From positions 64,001 to 128,000 of IMG/VR virus record IMGVR_UViG_3300014205_000177: a DNA stretch of 64,000 bases, one strand, 5' to 3'. The notes under the pieces are model-generated. The model was not told where the DNA came from. It was given only the letters and a program-made list of their open reading frames with translations, and did not search any database. This document shows positions 48,283-61,000 of the stretch, in pieces. Numbering within the stretch: the stretch's first letter is position 1; every line of letters begins with the position of its first letter. The stretch is from a virus (lineage: Duplodnaviria > Caudoviricetes). The translations under genes were made by a program, and so were the position numbers.

Positions 48283-49020
48283 TTATACCTCTATATTTTG
48301 CGGTGGAGCAATAAAATTAATACTTACAGTTACACTTCTCTTTTCTACTCTCCAACTTAAATTTGAATCAGTAATCATTATTTTTTGTACATTTAAATTA
48401 GATTCTGACTCAGGAATAAAAGACTTTAACTCTCCAATTCTTGGTAATCCGTTTACCCCCTGTTGTTCTACAACATTAAAAAGAGCATCTGGGATAAAAT
48501 CATCTTCTAAAATTATAACCCCATTAAATGAAACCTTAATAAAATCATGACCAAGTTTCTGTCTAAAATATCCATCATATAGATGAATAGTTTTTTCTGA
48601 AAGAGATATTGTTGATGGTTTTAATGATATTTTTGGTTCATATACTAAAAAAGAAGATGTTCCATCAGTTAATGTTGCTATATTTTTATTTGTACCGTCT
48701 TCAGTTTCGTCTGTAAATGACATTGTTACAATCCCCCATGGAACCCAAATTCCACCCTCAAATGATATATTTGATATTCTCATATTTGAATATGTTTTAT
48801 TTGGAAGAACAAGCGTTCCTCTAAACCCCTTAGAAGAAGGATTACCTATTATACCGAAAAAATCAGTTTCACTTTTTTGTACATTACCTGTAACAGATAT
48901 TTCAATATTAGACCTAGTACCACTTCCACCATTCCATACAAGAGAATGATTTAATGAATAATTTATTCTTGTTAAACCTATAGTTCCAAGATTATTTGTA
49001 AAAGACATATTTGATAACAT
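48283..49020 (-). CDS. Tail protein (distal-tail/tube-fold candidate)
   Basis: First gene after the TMP; EISVTG..., GTLVLP, ISNISF. Confidence 0.55.
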   Translation of the reverse strand: MLSNMSFTNNLGTIGLTRINYSLNHSLVWNGGSGTRSNIEISVTGNVQKSETDFFGIIGNPSSKGFRGTLVLPNKTYSNMRISNISFEGGIWVPWGIVTMSFTDETEDGTNKNIATLTDGTSSFLVYEPKISLKPSTISLSEKTIHLYDGYFRQKLGHDFIKVSFNGVIILEDDFIPDALFNVVEQQGVNGLPRIGELKSFIPESESNLNVQKIMITDSNLSWRVEKRSVTVSINFIAPPQNIEV

Positions 49021-49031
49021 TTTCCTATTCC

Positions 49032-52000
49032 TTATTTATTCATATTATATTTGGCACTATCTACCTTTACTCCTGCCATTGCATTTCCAGCTCCTTGTTC
49101 TATTATCTTAGAAATTTGGGGCATTAACATTTCAACTATTAATTTAGCCAATGGACTTCCAAATGATTCAGTAAATGCATCTTGCAATCCAGATGCATCA
49201 ACACTTACAGAACCTGAAACTTCACTTTTTGTATTAGTTGAACTATTCTGTTCTTTGAACTTGTCAGCAGACTCTTTCATTGATTCTTCTTCTGTATCAA
49301 ACTTATTTCTATTATAATCGTAAGAGTACATTTTTGTATTACCGTACATTTTCTCATGACTCCCATCTGAAAAACCTGGGTCAATATCCCTATATTCTTC
49401 TTTTCCATTTATAATAGCATCTATTAATTCATCTCTTGATTGTTCCTTAGAGGTATATTTTGTTATTGCTTTTTCTTTTATTTTCTTATCATAAGCTTTT
49501 TCATCCCATCTTTTTTCTACAACTGATAGCTCATCTTGACCAAACATATTTTTTTCATAAACTAATTCTTCTCCAAGATATATTCCAGATGGTCTTTTTT
49601 TAGAATGTTTATTTTCTTTTTTATCTTTTACTTTATCTTTTACTAATTCTTTATTAGACATTATTCTTAAATAATCTGTATTTTTATACTTATTGTCACT
49701 ATTAATAGATGGTGTTAATTTATCATTATTGTTTTTTTCATCAACTTTATATTTTATTTTTTGTAATTCAGTCAATTTTGTTTTATTGTCTATACCAGAT
49801 TTAAAAGATTCAGGAGTTAATTCTTTAACTTTATCTTCATCATCTTTCATCTTTCTGTGTTTTTCCATTAATTTAGAATATTCTTCACTAGTTACCTTTC
49901 TAGATAACTCAGATGGATTATTATATGACTCTTCTGATGGCTCAGTTCCATCATCAATTATTGAATTAAAATAATCTCTATATGATTTTTTGCTGGTACT
50001 TGCATCTTTTTCAAGTCCTGCTTTTTTATCATTAAACTTTTTATCTAATTGATTGTTGTATTCAGAATTAACATTTTTATCTGAAAGAAGTGTTTCAATT
50101 TGTTTATTATCATTTTCTATTCCGGTTCTTTTTGCCAAATCAATAGCTTTTTTAATTGCAAAATTTGCTTTATTAGGTGCTATTTCATCTTTTTTCTCAT
50201 CACTCCATAAATGAGATATTGCAGCTATTGGAGAAATTACTCGAAGTGCTAGTGAAGCCTTATTGTTTTTAGATTCATATTCTCTTTTTAAAGATTCACG
50301 TTTTGCTTCAAGTATTCTTTCACGAAAAATTCTAAATATATTACTTCTTTCCTCAAGTGTTTTCCCTTTTCCTTTATACATTGATGATTCTTGCAATATT
50401 GAAGCTTGGGTATCTTGAGGCAATTCTTCTGTTGCTCCCATGGATTTAGCTAAATCCATTACCTTGGCAATAGAATTTTTATCTATTTCTCTTTCTCTTC
50501 TCTTGTTTTCTCCATCATAATGAATTAAAGAATCTCTTTTAGATGGGTCATTTGTAGTATTTTTATGGGTTTTAACCATATTATAGATATTGTTTTGTTC
50601 TTCTTTCTTTTCTATTTGATTGGCTTTTGAACCAAGTCTTTTTGAAACATAACCACCAGTTAAATATTTATCTGCTTGAGATATTGCCGTCGCAGACCTA
50701 TCTAAAATTTCTGATACAATTCCACCACCCTTTAGCATACCTGATTTATTAATATATCTTGATATTCCATTATTTCTGGAATTATATTCCCAATCTGTAA
50801 GTCCTACTGATTTTTTATAATTCTCATTTTCTTTTTGTGAAAAACCATCAATGTCATGTTTTTTACTACGAAAATATCCTTCAGAACCAAGCATATCTTG
50901 GGTTGCATTGATTCCACCACTCATAATAGCCATTGAAGGGTCTAATCCAAGAAACGCCAAATGAGAAGCCATCCCAACTGCATCTCCAATATCTTCTCTT
51001 CCTGTGATTCTTTCAGCTGCATATGATGTTAATGGAGCAGTCATAGATAAACCCATTCCAATAAGAGAACCCTTTGGATTCATAGCTCCTATTTTATTTA
51101 TCCCTCTTGCAAGCTTCATTGGTGATTTCATCCATGATGGACTTTTCTCAATAGCCTTAGAAATATATGGAGTAGCTAATTTAGTAATACCTGTTTTGTC
51201 CCCTGCATATGAAGCAAGTTTTCCGCCCCATCCTCTAATTTTACTATTAAATGCTAAAAGTGGTAATGATTCAACTGCTGTATCACCCAAAGCCATTGGT
51301 ATATCTTTGTAATTATTAGTTTTAGCAAAATTGTTATATGCACTGCTTCCTGCGTACATTATAGAAGCTGCTGCTGTAGCAATTGAAGATTTAGGAGATT
51401 TAGAAAGAGCCTCATACAAGAAAGAACCAGAAACGGCAGATTTGCCAATTCCGCTAATTATAGATTTACTATCTCCTTTTTTGAAATCCTCAGCAGCATC
51501 CTTTCCATAATAATAAGCTGCCATTCCTGAAATGAACGAACTACCTGTTTTTTGGAAATTATCTCCAAACGATGGCTTAACTGCTGGTTCAAATGGAATT
51601 CCTTTGTTAGACATTCTTTCTCTTGCTATTCTACGAGAACGTTCTCCTGAAGTTTCAACCCTTACAGGTTCTTCAATTTTTTCTTTAGGTTTACGTCTAT
51701 TTCTTATTTTTCTTGATTCTTCATCAAGTTTTCTTTTACGTGACACTGGTGTTGGTGGCTCTTGTCTTATTTCAATTTCATCTGCATAATCTTTTAATGT
51801 TTTACTAACTTTAGGAAGTTTTTCACCTATTAATTCACCACCTTCTTTAAAAGTAAAGTTTTCCCCAATAATTTTTGCTAGTGGACCATATCCATTTTTA
51901 CCACCCATAATATCTGAAATAGTTTTTATTCTTGCATGTGGACTATTACCAGAAGATTCTAAGGCGTAATCAATTGATTTATATATGTTTTTATGTAATT

Positions 52001-55000
52001 TACCTGAACCTGATTTAGAAACAGGAGTGAAGTATGAATCAAGATTTATTCTACCCTTACTATATTTATTATCTAAAGCATGTGCTGCTGCTGAAGTAGA
52101 TAATTCATCAACTACCGTATCTCCTATATATCTAAATTTTTTATTATTTCTATTTGATAAATAATCCATTATACTATGATTTACTTCATGATTAGCATAT
52201 CTAACAGATTCTTTTGAAGATAGTCCTCTTCTTATATTTATTTCTTTTGTCAATGAATTAAAAGTACCATTAGCATCTTCTTGCATATTTTTTTGTAATT
52301 TAATTTCTGGAATATGTCCAAAAACTGATTCTGCAACACTAGATGTTCTTTCCCCTATTTTCCCTTTATACATATCGTTTGGAGTAAAGAATTTTTTGAT
52401 TGATTTACCAATATTAGCAAATGTTTGTTTAGGCATTACAGCTAAAGGAATACCTAATGTAGCTAATCCTAATGCATTACTTCTTGAAGAATTTGAATTA
52501 TTTTCTACACGTTCAGATGTAGGAGCTACTCTACTTATAACATTATAATTTATTTCTCTTGATTCAGCAGGAGTTATTACATCAGCACTTGTATTTCCTT
52601 TTTTTGATTCTTTCCATATTTTTTGTGCTTTTATAACCCCACTAAGATATGGGTTATTTAATGAATTAGCAGAACTAATAGCATTTTTTGCTCCACTGTC
52701 TAAATTTTTACCAGTTTCTGATTCTTTACCAACTTTAGAAACTAATCTTTCTGCGATATTAGCTAAATGTAATAATATATTAGAAAGTTTTGATTGTGAT
52801 TCTACAAGCTTTGAACTCTCTTCTTGACGAACCATTTTATCCATTAAAGAACCAATTAATGAATGGTCTTTTGCATATTCTTTCATTCCTGTATCAGAAA
52901 AAATTTCTTGTAAACTTATACCTGATTCTTTTTGTGACTCTATGAAACTTGCTATTGCTTGTTCTTGAGGAGAAGCTAATAACCAGTTTTTCATATATCC
53001 TGGGTCTCCACTCTTTCCAATTTCTTTTTCAGTATCTCCAAATTCTTTCATCAAAGAGAAAAATTCTTGGCTCATTCCACCCTTACCATAAAATGAATTT
53101 TCTTCAAGAGCATTAGTTATTCTTTTTGACAATTCAAACGCATCAGAAAGTCCACCTTTAGATAATTCTACTTGTGAACTTAATGTTCTTTCTGAACCCA
53201 TCATTTTATTTACAAAAAATTCAGTAGCAAGTTTTCTTTGAGTTTGCTCTCTTTGAGCTCTCATGTCTCCAACTTTATTATTTATCTCTTTTGTATTATT
53301 TAAAATTGGAGATAGCGCATCTGAAAAACTCTTACTGTTTATTTCTGCTTGCCTTAACATTATTTTTTCTAAAGGTGTTATATCTTCACCCTTAGCTTTT
53401 ATTCCTGCTATTTTATCATCTTCTATTTTCTTTGCTGCTTCTAGATTCTTTATTTGAGCTAAATTTATTAATAAATTATTTTCCTCCGAACCTGTATATC
53501 CACCAAGCAAATTACCCTTGGACGCTTCTCTTATAGCTTTTGATTTTGAATTTCTTATAATAAGACTTGTATTTTCATCTACTGGATTAATTTTAGCAGT
53601 GTTTTCTTCTAACATATTTAATAAATCAATATATGCTTTTTGTCTAGACTTAGATTCATTAATAGATTTTTCTTGACTAACTATTATGTCAGATAGACTT
53701 TTTCTTTCAGTTTCACTAGTTAATTTATTGTCACGCTTAAATTTATTGTTATCAACTTCAACCTGGTCTGATTCTATAGCTTTAGAAAAGTCACTTATTG
53801 CTTTTTCTTTTATTTTCTTTACAGAAGAGAAAATATTTTTAGTTATTTCTGCACTTTTTGTAATTACTTCAGAATCAACCATTGCAGCATCAGATTCTGT
53901 ATAATCACCAGTTTTTAATAATATCTCTCTTTTTCTTTTTTCTTTATAAAATCCTAAAGATTCTCTTGTGCTAGTTTGTACACCAGCTGTTTTTGAAACA
54001 AGGTCTATAATTTTCTTTTCATTTTCTTTTTCTGAGTCTGAAATACCGCTAGATTTTGAATATCTTTCCTTACCTATATTTGTAAATTTAGTTAATTCTT
54101 TTCTTAGTTTTTCTGGGTCATCTCCATATTTAGAGATAAGATGCTCTACGCTTACTCCAGTACCCTTAAATAAATCATTAAGTTCTTTCTTCATTAATTC
54201 GGCAGAAGTAAGATTTTCTGGTGATTCTTCACCAAGACTTGATAATTCAGCAGCTGACATTTTCTTTCTTGATTCTTGATTAACAAGAGTATTCACCATC
54301 TTTATTGCTTTAATATCAAATCCACTTTTGAATTTTGACATATAAATAGAATTTTCCATTAACCCTGCAATACCAGAATTTTCATTATTAGATATTTCAG
54401 CTAATCTTGAATTTATTTCTGCAAAATAATCTCTATTTGATTCTTCATTTGAAAGCTTCTTATAATCTTTAATATCAAAAGTAGATGTATCACCCATCAA
54501 TTTACTATAATTTGAACCAAAATCATTAAAAGATGCAAATCTACTGTCAAGTTCACTGTCAGAGTCTTTTGGTGTCAAGATTGACATCTTTTGGAAGTCT
54601 AATGGTTTAAATATTTTTCTTTCTAAACGTGTATAGTCATTAATTATTTCTTGGAATGAAGACTTGGCAGTTGTTGCAAATTGCTTTACTGATGTCATTG
54701 GCAAGTCAAACATTTCATCGCTTATTTCAGTTGTTGATAAAATAAATTCTTTTTTATCATCGTAAATACCGCCAAATTGTTTTTTAATTTCTTCTTTGGC
54801 TCTCTTTAGAACTTGAGTTTTGTTTAACCCTCTTTCTGTATCAAACCCTATAGTTTTTTGTTGATTAGTATAAACATCTTGAACAACAATTTTAAATTTC
54901 TTTACGTTGTCTCCAACTTTTTGATACCCATCATTAAGCAATAAAAACATCTTATTTGTGTCTTTAGCCATTTGAAGTGCATCTTTATGTGGATTTAAAC

Positions 55001-58000
55001 TTCTTCCACTCTCAGCAGTATCTTTAATTGCATTAAAACTTGTTTCTACATATTTATCTTTACCAAAAGTTTTAATATATGATTCTCTAGTTTTAACAAA
55101 CCTTTCGTCAACTGTATCATTATTAAATACCCTACTTCCTCTTTCCCTTGCATCTGAGGATATTTGTCTTCCAGTTTCGTTAAACAAATCAATGAATGGC
55201 TCAAAAACTTTTTCAGCCTTTGTCTTTGCTTCTTCCATTCTTCCATAAACTTCATCCAACGCAGCGTCTAAATTATAAATTTTTGATTGATAATATACTT
55301 TATTACTTTCTGATGTTGAACTATCCATTTTACCTACAAGAATTTTTCTTGTATCTGTTAATTCTTTTGCCCTGTCTCTTTCTTCTGCTAGATTTTCTGA
55401 AATAGATGATATTGCGGTTTTACCAAAAATTCCACCATCTGTCATAAATGCCTTTTTATAGGCTAAATTCATCCTTAATTCATCTTTTCTTTTTTCTCTA
55501 ATTTCACCTTCTTGAGACATTTTTGAAACAAATTCTTCACTTAGTGATGGAAATCCATTTTTAAATACTACAGATTCTGGATTAGCTCTCATTAATATAG
55601 ATGTTGCATTTTTAAGATTTGAATTTTCTAAAGTTGTTAGTATTTCTCCTTTTTCTTGTTTGCCAGTAAGCTTTTCATAAGTAGAAATAGAACTAGTTAT
55701 TGATTTTATTTTACTAGATTCTTTTTCTATCATTGCAACTGTTTTTCTATCGCTTCCACTCCAATATTCGGATATATTGTTAATTAAATCTTTAATATCA
55801 GATGCCATAGTTAATCCGGCAATGGTTAAACCTACAGCTCCACCTGCGAATTTACCACCTTTCCCACCAACCATATTGGAAACTTTTTGTCCAGCCATAA
55901 GTGCCATTGGAGCTATTGCAGCTCCAGAGCCTAGAGTATTAAGAGTGTCCCCAGTAAGACTTCTTCCAGAAATTGATTCTTTATCTTCAAATGTTTGTGC
56001 AAAAACTTTTAAACCAACACCTGCTGCCATCATAGCAACCATGTTTTGCTTTACAAATTCAGATATTTTTATAGGTATTTGACCAGGTTCTTTTTGAATT
56101 ATTGCATTTTGAGTTGTTTTGTCTATTTGAGAATTAAACTGTGTCCTAACTTTACCCTCAACAGTTTTTCTTTCTTCTTCACTAAATCTTGATACACCTT
56201 TTTCACCATAATGGGATACCATAATCTTCTTTATTATTTCATTTTCATCTGAAGATTCCATTTTTTGAAGTTTATTATATTGATAATCATACATGGCTGG
56301 ATTATAAAGAGCTCTTGTTTTTCCAGTATAATCTTTTTTCAAATAAGAAGAAACCTCTTTAGCTGTTATTTTAGCTATTCTTGATTCCTCTGTCTTATGA
56401 TTAATCCATCTATCTGCACCAGAATAAGAAATTGTTCTTGCTATTGCTGTGCCAGCTCCAAAAACAGTTCCTCCAACCGCAGCTAACCCAGCTATTCCAC
56501 TTGGCATACTATTCAATATTCCAAATATATTAGTAAGAGTATTAGAGAAATAAGTTAGAATTGATTTACCGCCACTTTCTCCAACTTTAGCATAAAATGA
56601 ATCTACACTAGCTTTCATTACTTCAACTTTTTTAGCATAAGTATCCATTATTAACATATTTTTTTGCATAGCTGAACCAGTAGAATCTTCACTCATTTTT
56701 GCTGCTTGAAGAACTTCATCCCATTGGTCCATTAATACCATCATTGTATTATATCTTCTTGCACCTGCTATTGTAACGGCTGCATTTTCTTTTTGAACTG
56801 TTGATAAAGTAGTCCATTTTGATGCTAAATCTTGCATAATAGTAAATGAATCTCTAAATCCTCCATCTACATTATAAACTGCTACACCAAGATTTTGAAG
56901 AGCAGTTATAGATTCTTCCACTCTTAAATGTGAAAGTATATATTTAAATGAATTCCCTAAAGAATTACCTGTATCTCTTGTTGCAGAACCTACCGCAGAA
57001 ACTATACCGTTAAATTCATGAAAAGACATGCCAGAAACTCTAGCTGATGTACCGGCTTGTTTTACAGCATCAGAAAGGTTTTTAGAAGTAACAGCAGTTC
57101 TAGCTCCTACTTCAGTCCATGAGTCAATAATTGATAATGTCTTAGAATCTTCTATGCCAAATTGTCTTGTAGCTGCTGTAAGTGCCTCAGTAGCTTCTGT
57201 AGCCTTGAATCCAGCCACATTAGAAGCTAATAGTGATGCATTGGTTAAAGTTATTACATCAGATGTGCTTTTACCTTGTTGTGCAAATACAGCCATGGAA
57301 TCGACTACTTCTATTATATTTGTGCCATATATTGATGACATCTTCTTTGCACTGTCTGAAAGTCTTTCTGTAGAAGTCATCATTGGGTCCATAACTTTAT
57401 TTACATTGACAAGAGCTGTCTCATAACTTGCCATTACTTTTGTTGCTTCTGCTATTTTATTAGTCATTCCGTAGAATGCATAAGAAAGACCTCCATATAA
57501 AACTACTCTATTTATTACAGAATTAACTAATTTACCCTGAGATTGTTCTTGTCTATAATTCTTTGACATTGTACTGTCATATTCTTTTGAAATCTTTGAA
57601 GCTTGTGTAGAACTCATCAAAGCAGCCGCTGGGAAAGATTCTATTTTTGGGAGATTTTTAGCTGTTCTTTTCTTATTTTCGTTTTCAATATGACTTAATA
57701 ATACACCCTTAGTTACAGATGCTATATGCTCTGGATTGCTTGTTCCAGGAGCATCTCTCAAGTCTCTTACAGTTGCTTCGTATGCAGATATTTTAACTGT
57801 TTCTGTTTCAAACTCTCCGTTCTTTTTTACCTTTTTGGGATTTACAATTTTTATTTCTTCTGCATCTGATAGTGATAATTTTTCTTCTTCTTTTTTATTT
57901 ATCTTAGAAACAATATTCTTCATTATTGCTTCTCTTCTGCTGTCTTTTTCAACAGACATAGTTAATGCATATGTCAATAATCTTTTTGAATATTCTTCGT

Positions 58001-61000
58001 TTGTCTCAGATTTTGTTTTTTGTAATCTATCTTTAGTAACATCTACTGCTGTAATAGGTTGACTTTCTTTTAATATTGGTTTTAAAACCTCTTTAAATAC
58101 TTGTTGACCTTCTGGAGAACTTGGCATTTTTTCTTGTACTTTATAACCAACATCGGCTACTATGGCAGTTTTACCTTCTTTGATTAATCCTATTTCAGCC
58201 ATTGATTGTGCGTCGTTTTTATATAAAGCTTTAGAACTTACAGTTTGAAAATATTTTTCAAACATCTTAATTCTTTGTCTAATGTCTTCTCTAACTGCTT
58301 TTTGTACTTCAGCAATATTTACACTTATATCTCCGTCTTTATATGAAGGACCACTAGTTTCTCCAACTTTTGGTCTAATAGGTGGCACATTAGTAGGAAT
58401 TTCAGGAGTTTCTGCTTCTACTTTTATCTTTTTACCCCTACCATTATTTTTACCACTTAATGAATCTTTGTTATTTAAATTATTAGATTGTTGTTCTACT
58501 TTTAAGGCTGCTAAACGTGAATTAGATGAAGCGTTTTCTGCGTTTGCCGCTTCTAAATCTGAACTAGATGGAAGACTTGTTTCTTCTATGTTTGGTAAAT
58601 TTAATTTTTGGTTATTTACACCTTTACCGCTATCAATAATAAACTTGACTAGACTAATCATATTGTCAGTCACTTTACTCATATTTGATATGCTTTTAGA
58701 AACTATAGTACTAAGATTTAATACTCCTCTTTCTATTTGAAGAAGAACATTCTCTATTTTATTTAATCCAGAAAATTGACCATTAGTTACAGGAGTAGAT
58801 TCACTAATAGCTTCACCTGCTTTTGTCACAGCTTTTTCTTTCATCTTTTTAGCTAATATAGCAGCATCCATTTGACTACTAGGGATTACTTCTTTATCAG
58901 GAATTACTTCTTTATCAGTAATTACTTTTTCGTTATCTAATTCTTCAATCCTTTTGTCAATCTGTTCTTTTCTTTTTTTAATTTGTTTCTTTATACTTAA
59001 CTTTTCTTCTGATGCTATTTTAACTTCTTCTAATTTTTTCTCATCAGGAATAGGTTTTTCTAAATTTTGACGTTCTCCATTATTATGTCTTAAAACTGTC
59101 ATAAAACTATCTGTGTTTTCTTTACTCGAAGAAACCTTATCAAGACTTTCATTATCAAGACCATAATATGAAAATTTTTCTCTTAATGCAGATATTCTTT
59201 TTTCAACAGAATCTCTATTATTAAATTTGTCTTTTTTACCTTCTACTTCCATTCTTTGTAAATTAAGTTCTTCCATTTCTTGTATGGACTCTTTTTCTTT
59301 TTTAGAAAGTAATGAGGCTTCTGTTTTACCGTTTTTACTAAGAGCGTTTTGATATGTCTTTGTTGATTTCAAATTGTTCATTTTCTTCAATATAGAAGCA
59401 TGTGTTATATCTAAAGGTTTTATATCTTGTGGGATATTCCCTAATTCCAATTTCGATTCTTGGTATTCTTTAAGTCCGTTTTCTATGTCATTATAATCTA
59501 ATATTGACATGTTAGAATTACTTGTAATTTTATTAAATTTTTCTAAACCATTCTCGTTACCGAATACATTGTTTAATAAATTTTTCTTACTATTAAGTAA
59601 ATATTGTATATAATTAACTTGTTCTTGTGGATTCTGATGACCTTTAATATTGTCTTGATTAAATGGAGATTCGTATCCTTCTGTTTTCTTCTTTCTTTGT
59701 TTTATAAAATCTTTTATAGTTTCAAATTTTTCTCCATCAGGTCTGTGTAAATTAGCACCAAAAGCTGCAAAATTATCAGCATTTACCCCAGACATAATAT
59801 TATTTTTACCTGAAACAATATCAATCATTCCTTGTAATAAAGCTTCGGGATTTTCTACATTCCCACCTCCAGCAAGTTGTATTAAGCTTTGAGAACTTTC
59901 TATTATTTTAGAAAATGCTTCTATTTCTTTTTTTGGCATACCTTTAGGAGTATTAGCTAGTATTAAATCCTTTATACTGTCCATATTTCCATGCATTTGT
60001 ACTGCACTGTAATTTCTTCCTAAAAGTCTTGTTGAAACACTCATACCTTCTTTCATAAAAGAAGGAAAAACATTTTCATATAAATTATCTAAAGAACCTT
60101 TTTTAGATTCAAGTTTTGCTATATCTTTAGATACTTTTAATCTTTCACTAGATGCTGGTAAAGTCTTTTTAAATAATTTTTCTTTTTCTTTAATTTGACT
60201 AACTATCTTTTTATATTCTGGGTCATATTTTTTAGCTGTTTGCAATATCCCCTTTAATACACTATCTGTATCATTACTAGATGAAGAGATTATATTTAAT
60301 GATTCATTTAATGTTTTTGATTCTTCTTCTGTAATGTTTCCACCACGAAATTCATAATCTTGTACTAATTGATAAACAGTTTTAAGAGCATTATAAGAAT
60401 ATTTAGTTTTTGCTTCTATATCTTTATCTATTGTGTTGCCCTTTTTATCTAAATTTTTATTATAAGCTTCAAAATCCTTTATAATATTTTCATTAACTTT
60501 GAATTTACCTAAAGAACCAAAATCTTTTTTCTCTAAATCTAAACCACTAAGAACTATTCCTACATCTCCAAGTTTTTCAACTCCACTTCCAATATTTGGG
60601 GATATTTTATTCTTTAAGAAATCTGCTAAAACACTTATATTATCTCCTGATTCTACATATTTAGTATCTTTTATATCAAACTTTTTATTTCCATATTTTA
60701 CTATTCCATCTTTACTCATTATTTCTTCATGAGCTTTTTCAAGTGCATTACCCTTGCCGAACAGTCTACCTGCTAATTCTTGAGCACCTGCATTGTTTTT
60801 TGCTTCTTTATATGCTGATTCTATTTCCATATGAGATGAAAGTTTATCCTGATAATTTTTATCATTTAAAAATTCTTTCGTTCCAAATTCTGGTCTTAAT
60901 TTACTACCAATTCCATCTTCTATAGCTTTAATTACTCCTTCTGGTGAGTAATCTTCGTTACCTTTTAAATATCTTGATATATCTTTTTCTTGTGAAACTT

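Noticed and set aside
880-60925. Numerous short plus-strand ORFs (e.g. 880..1086, 11048..11371, 57028..57426, 58282..58740)
   Set aside because: Antisense shadows of long minus-strand genes; Ser/Phe/Leu/Ile-rich with no motifs
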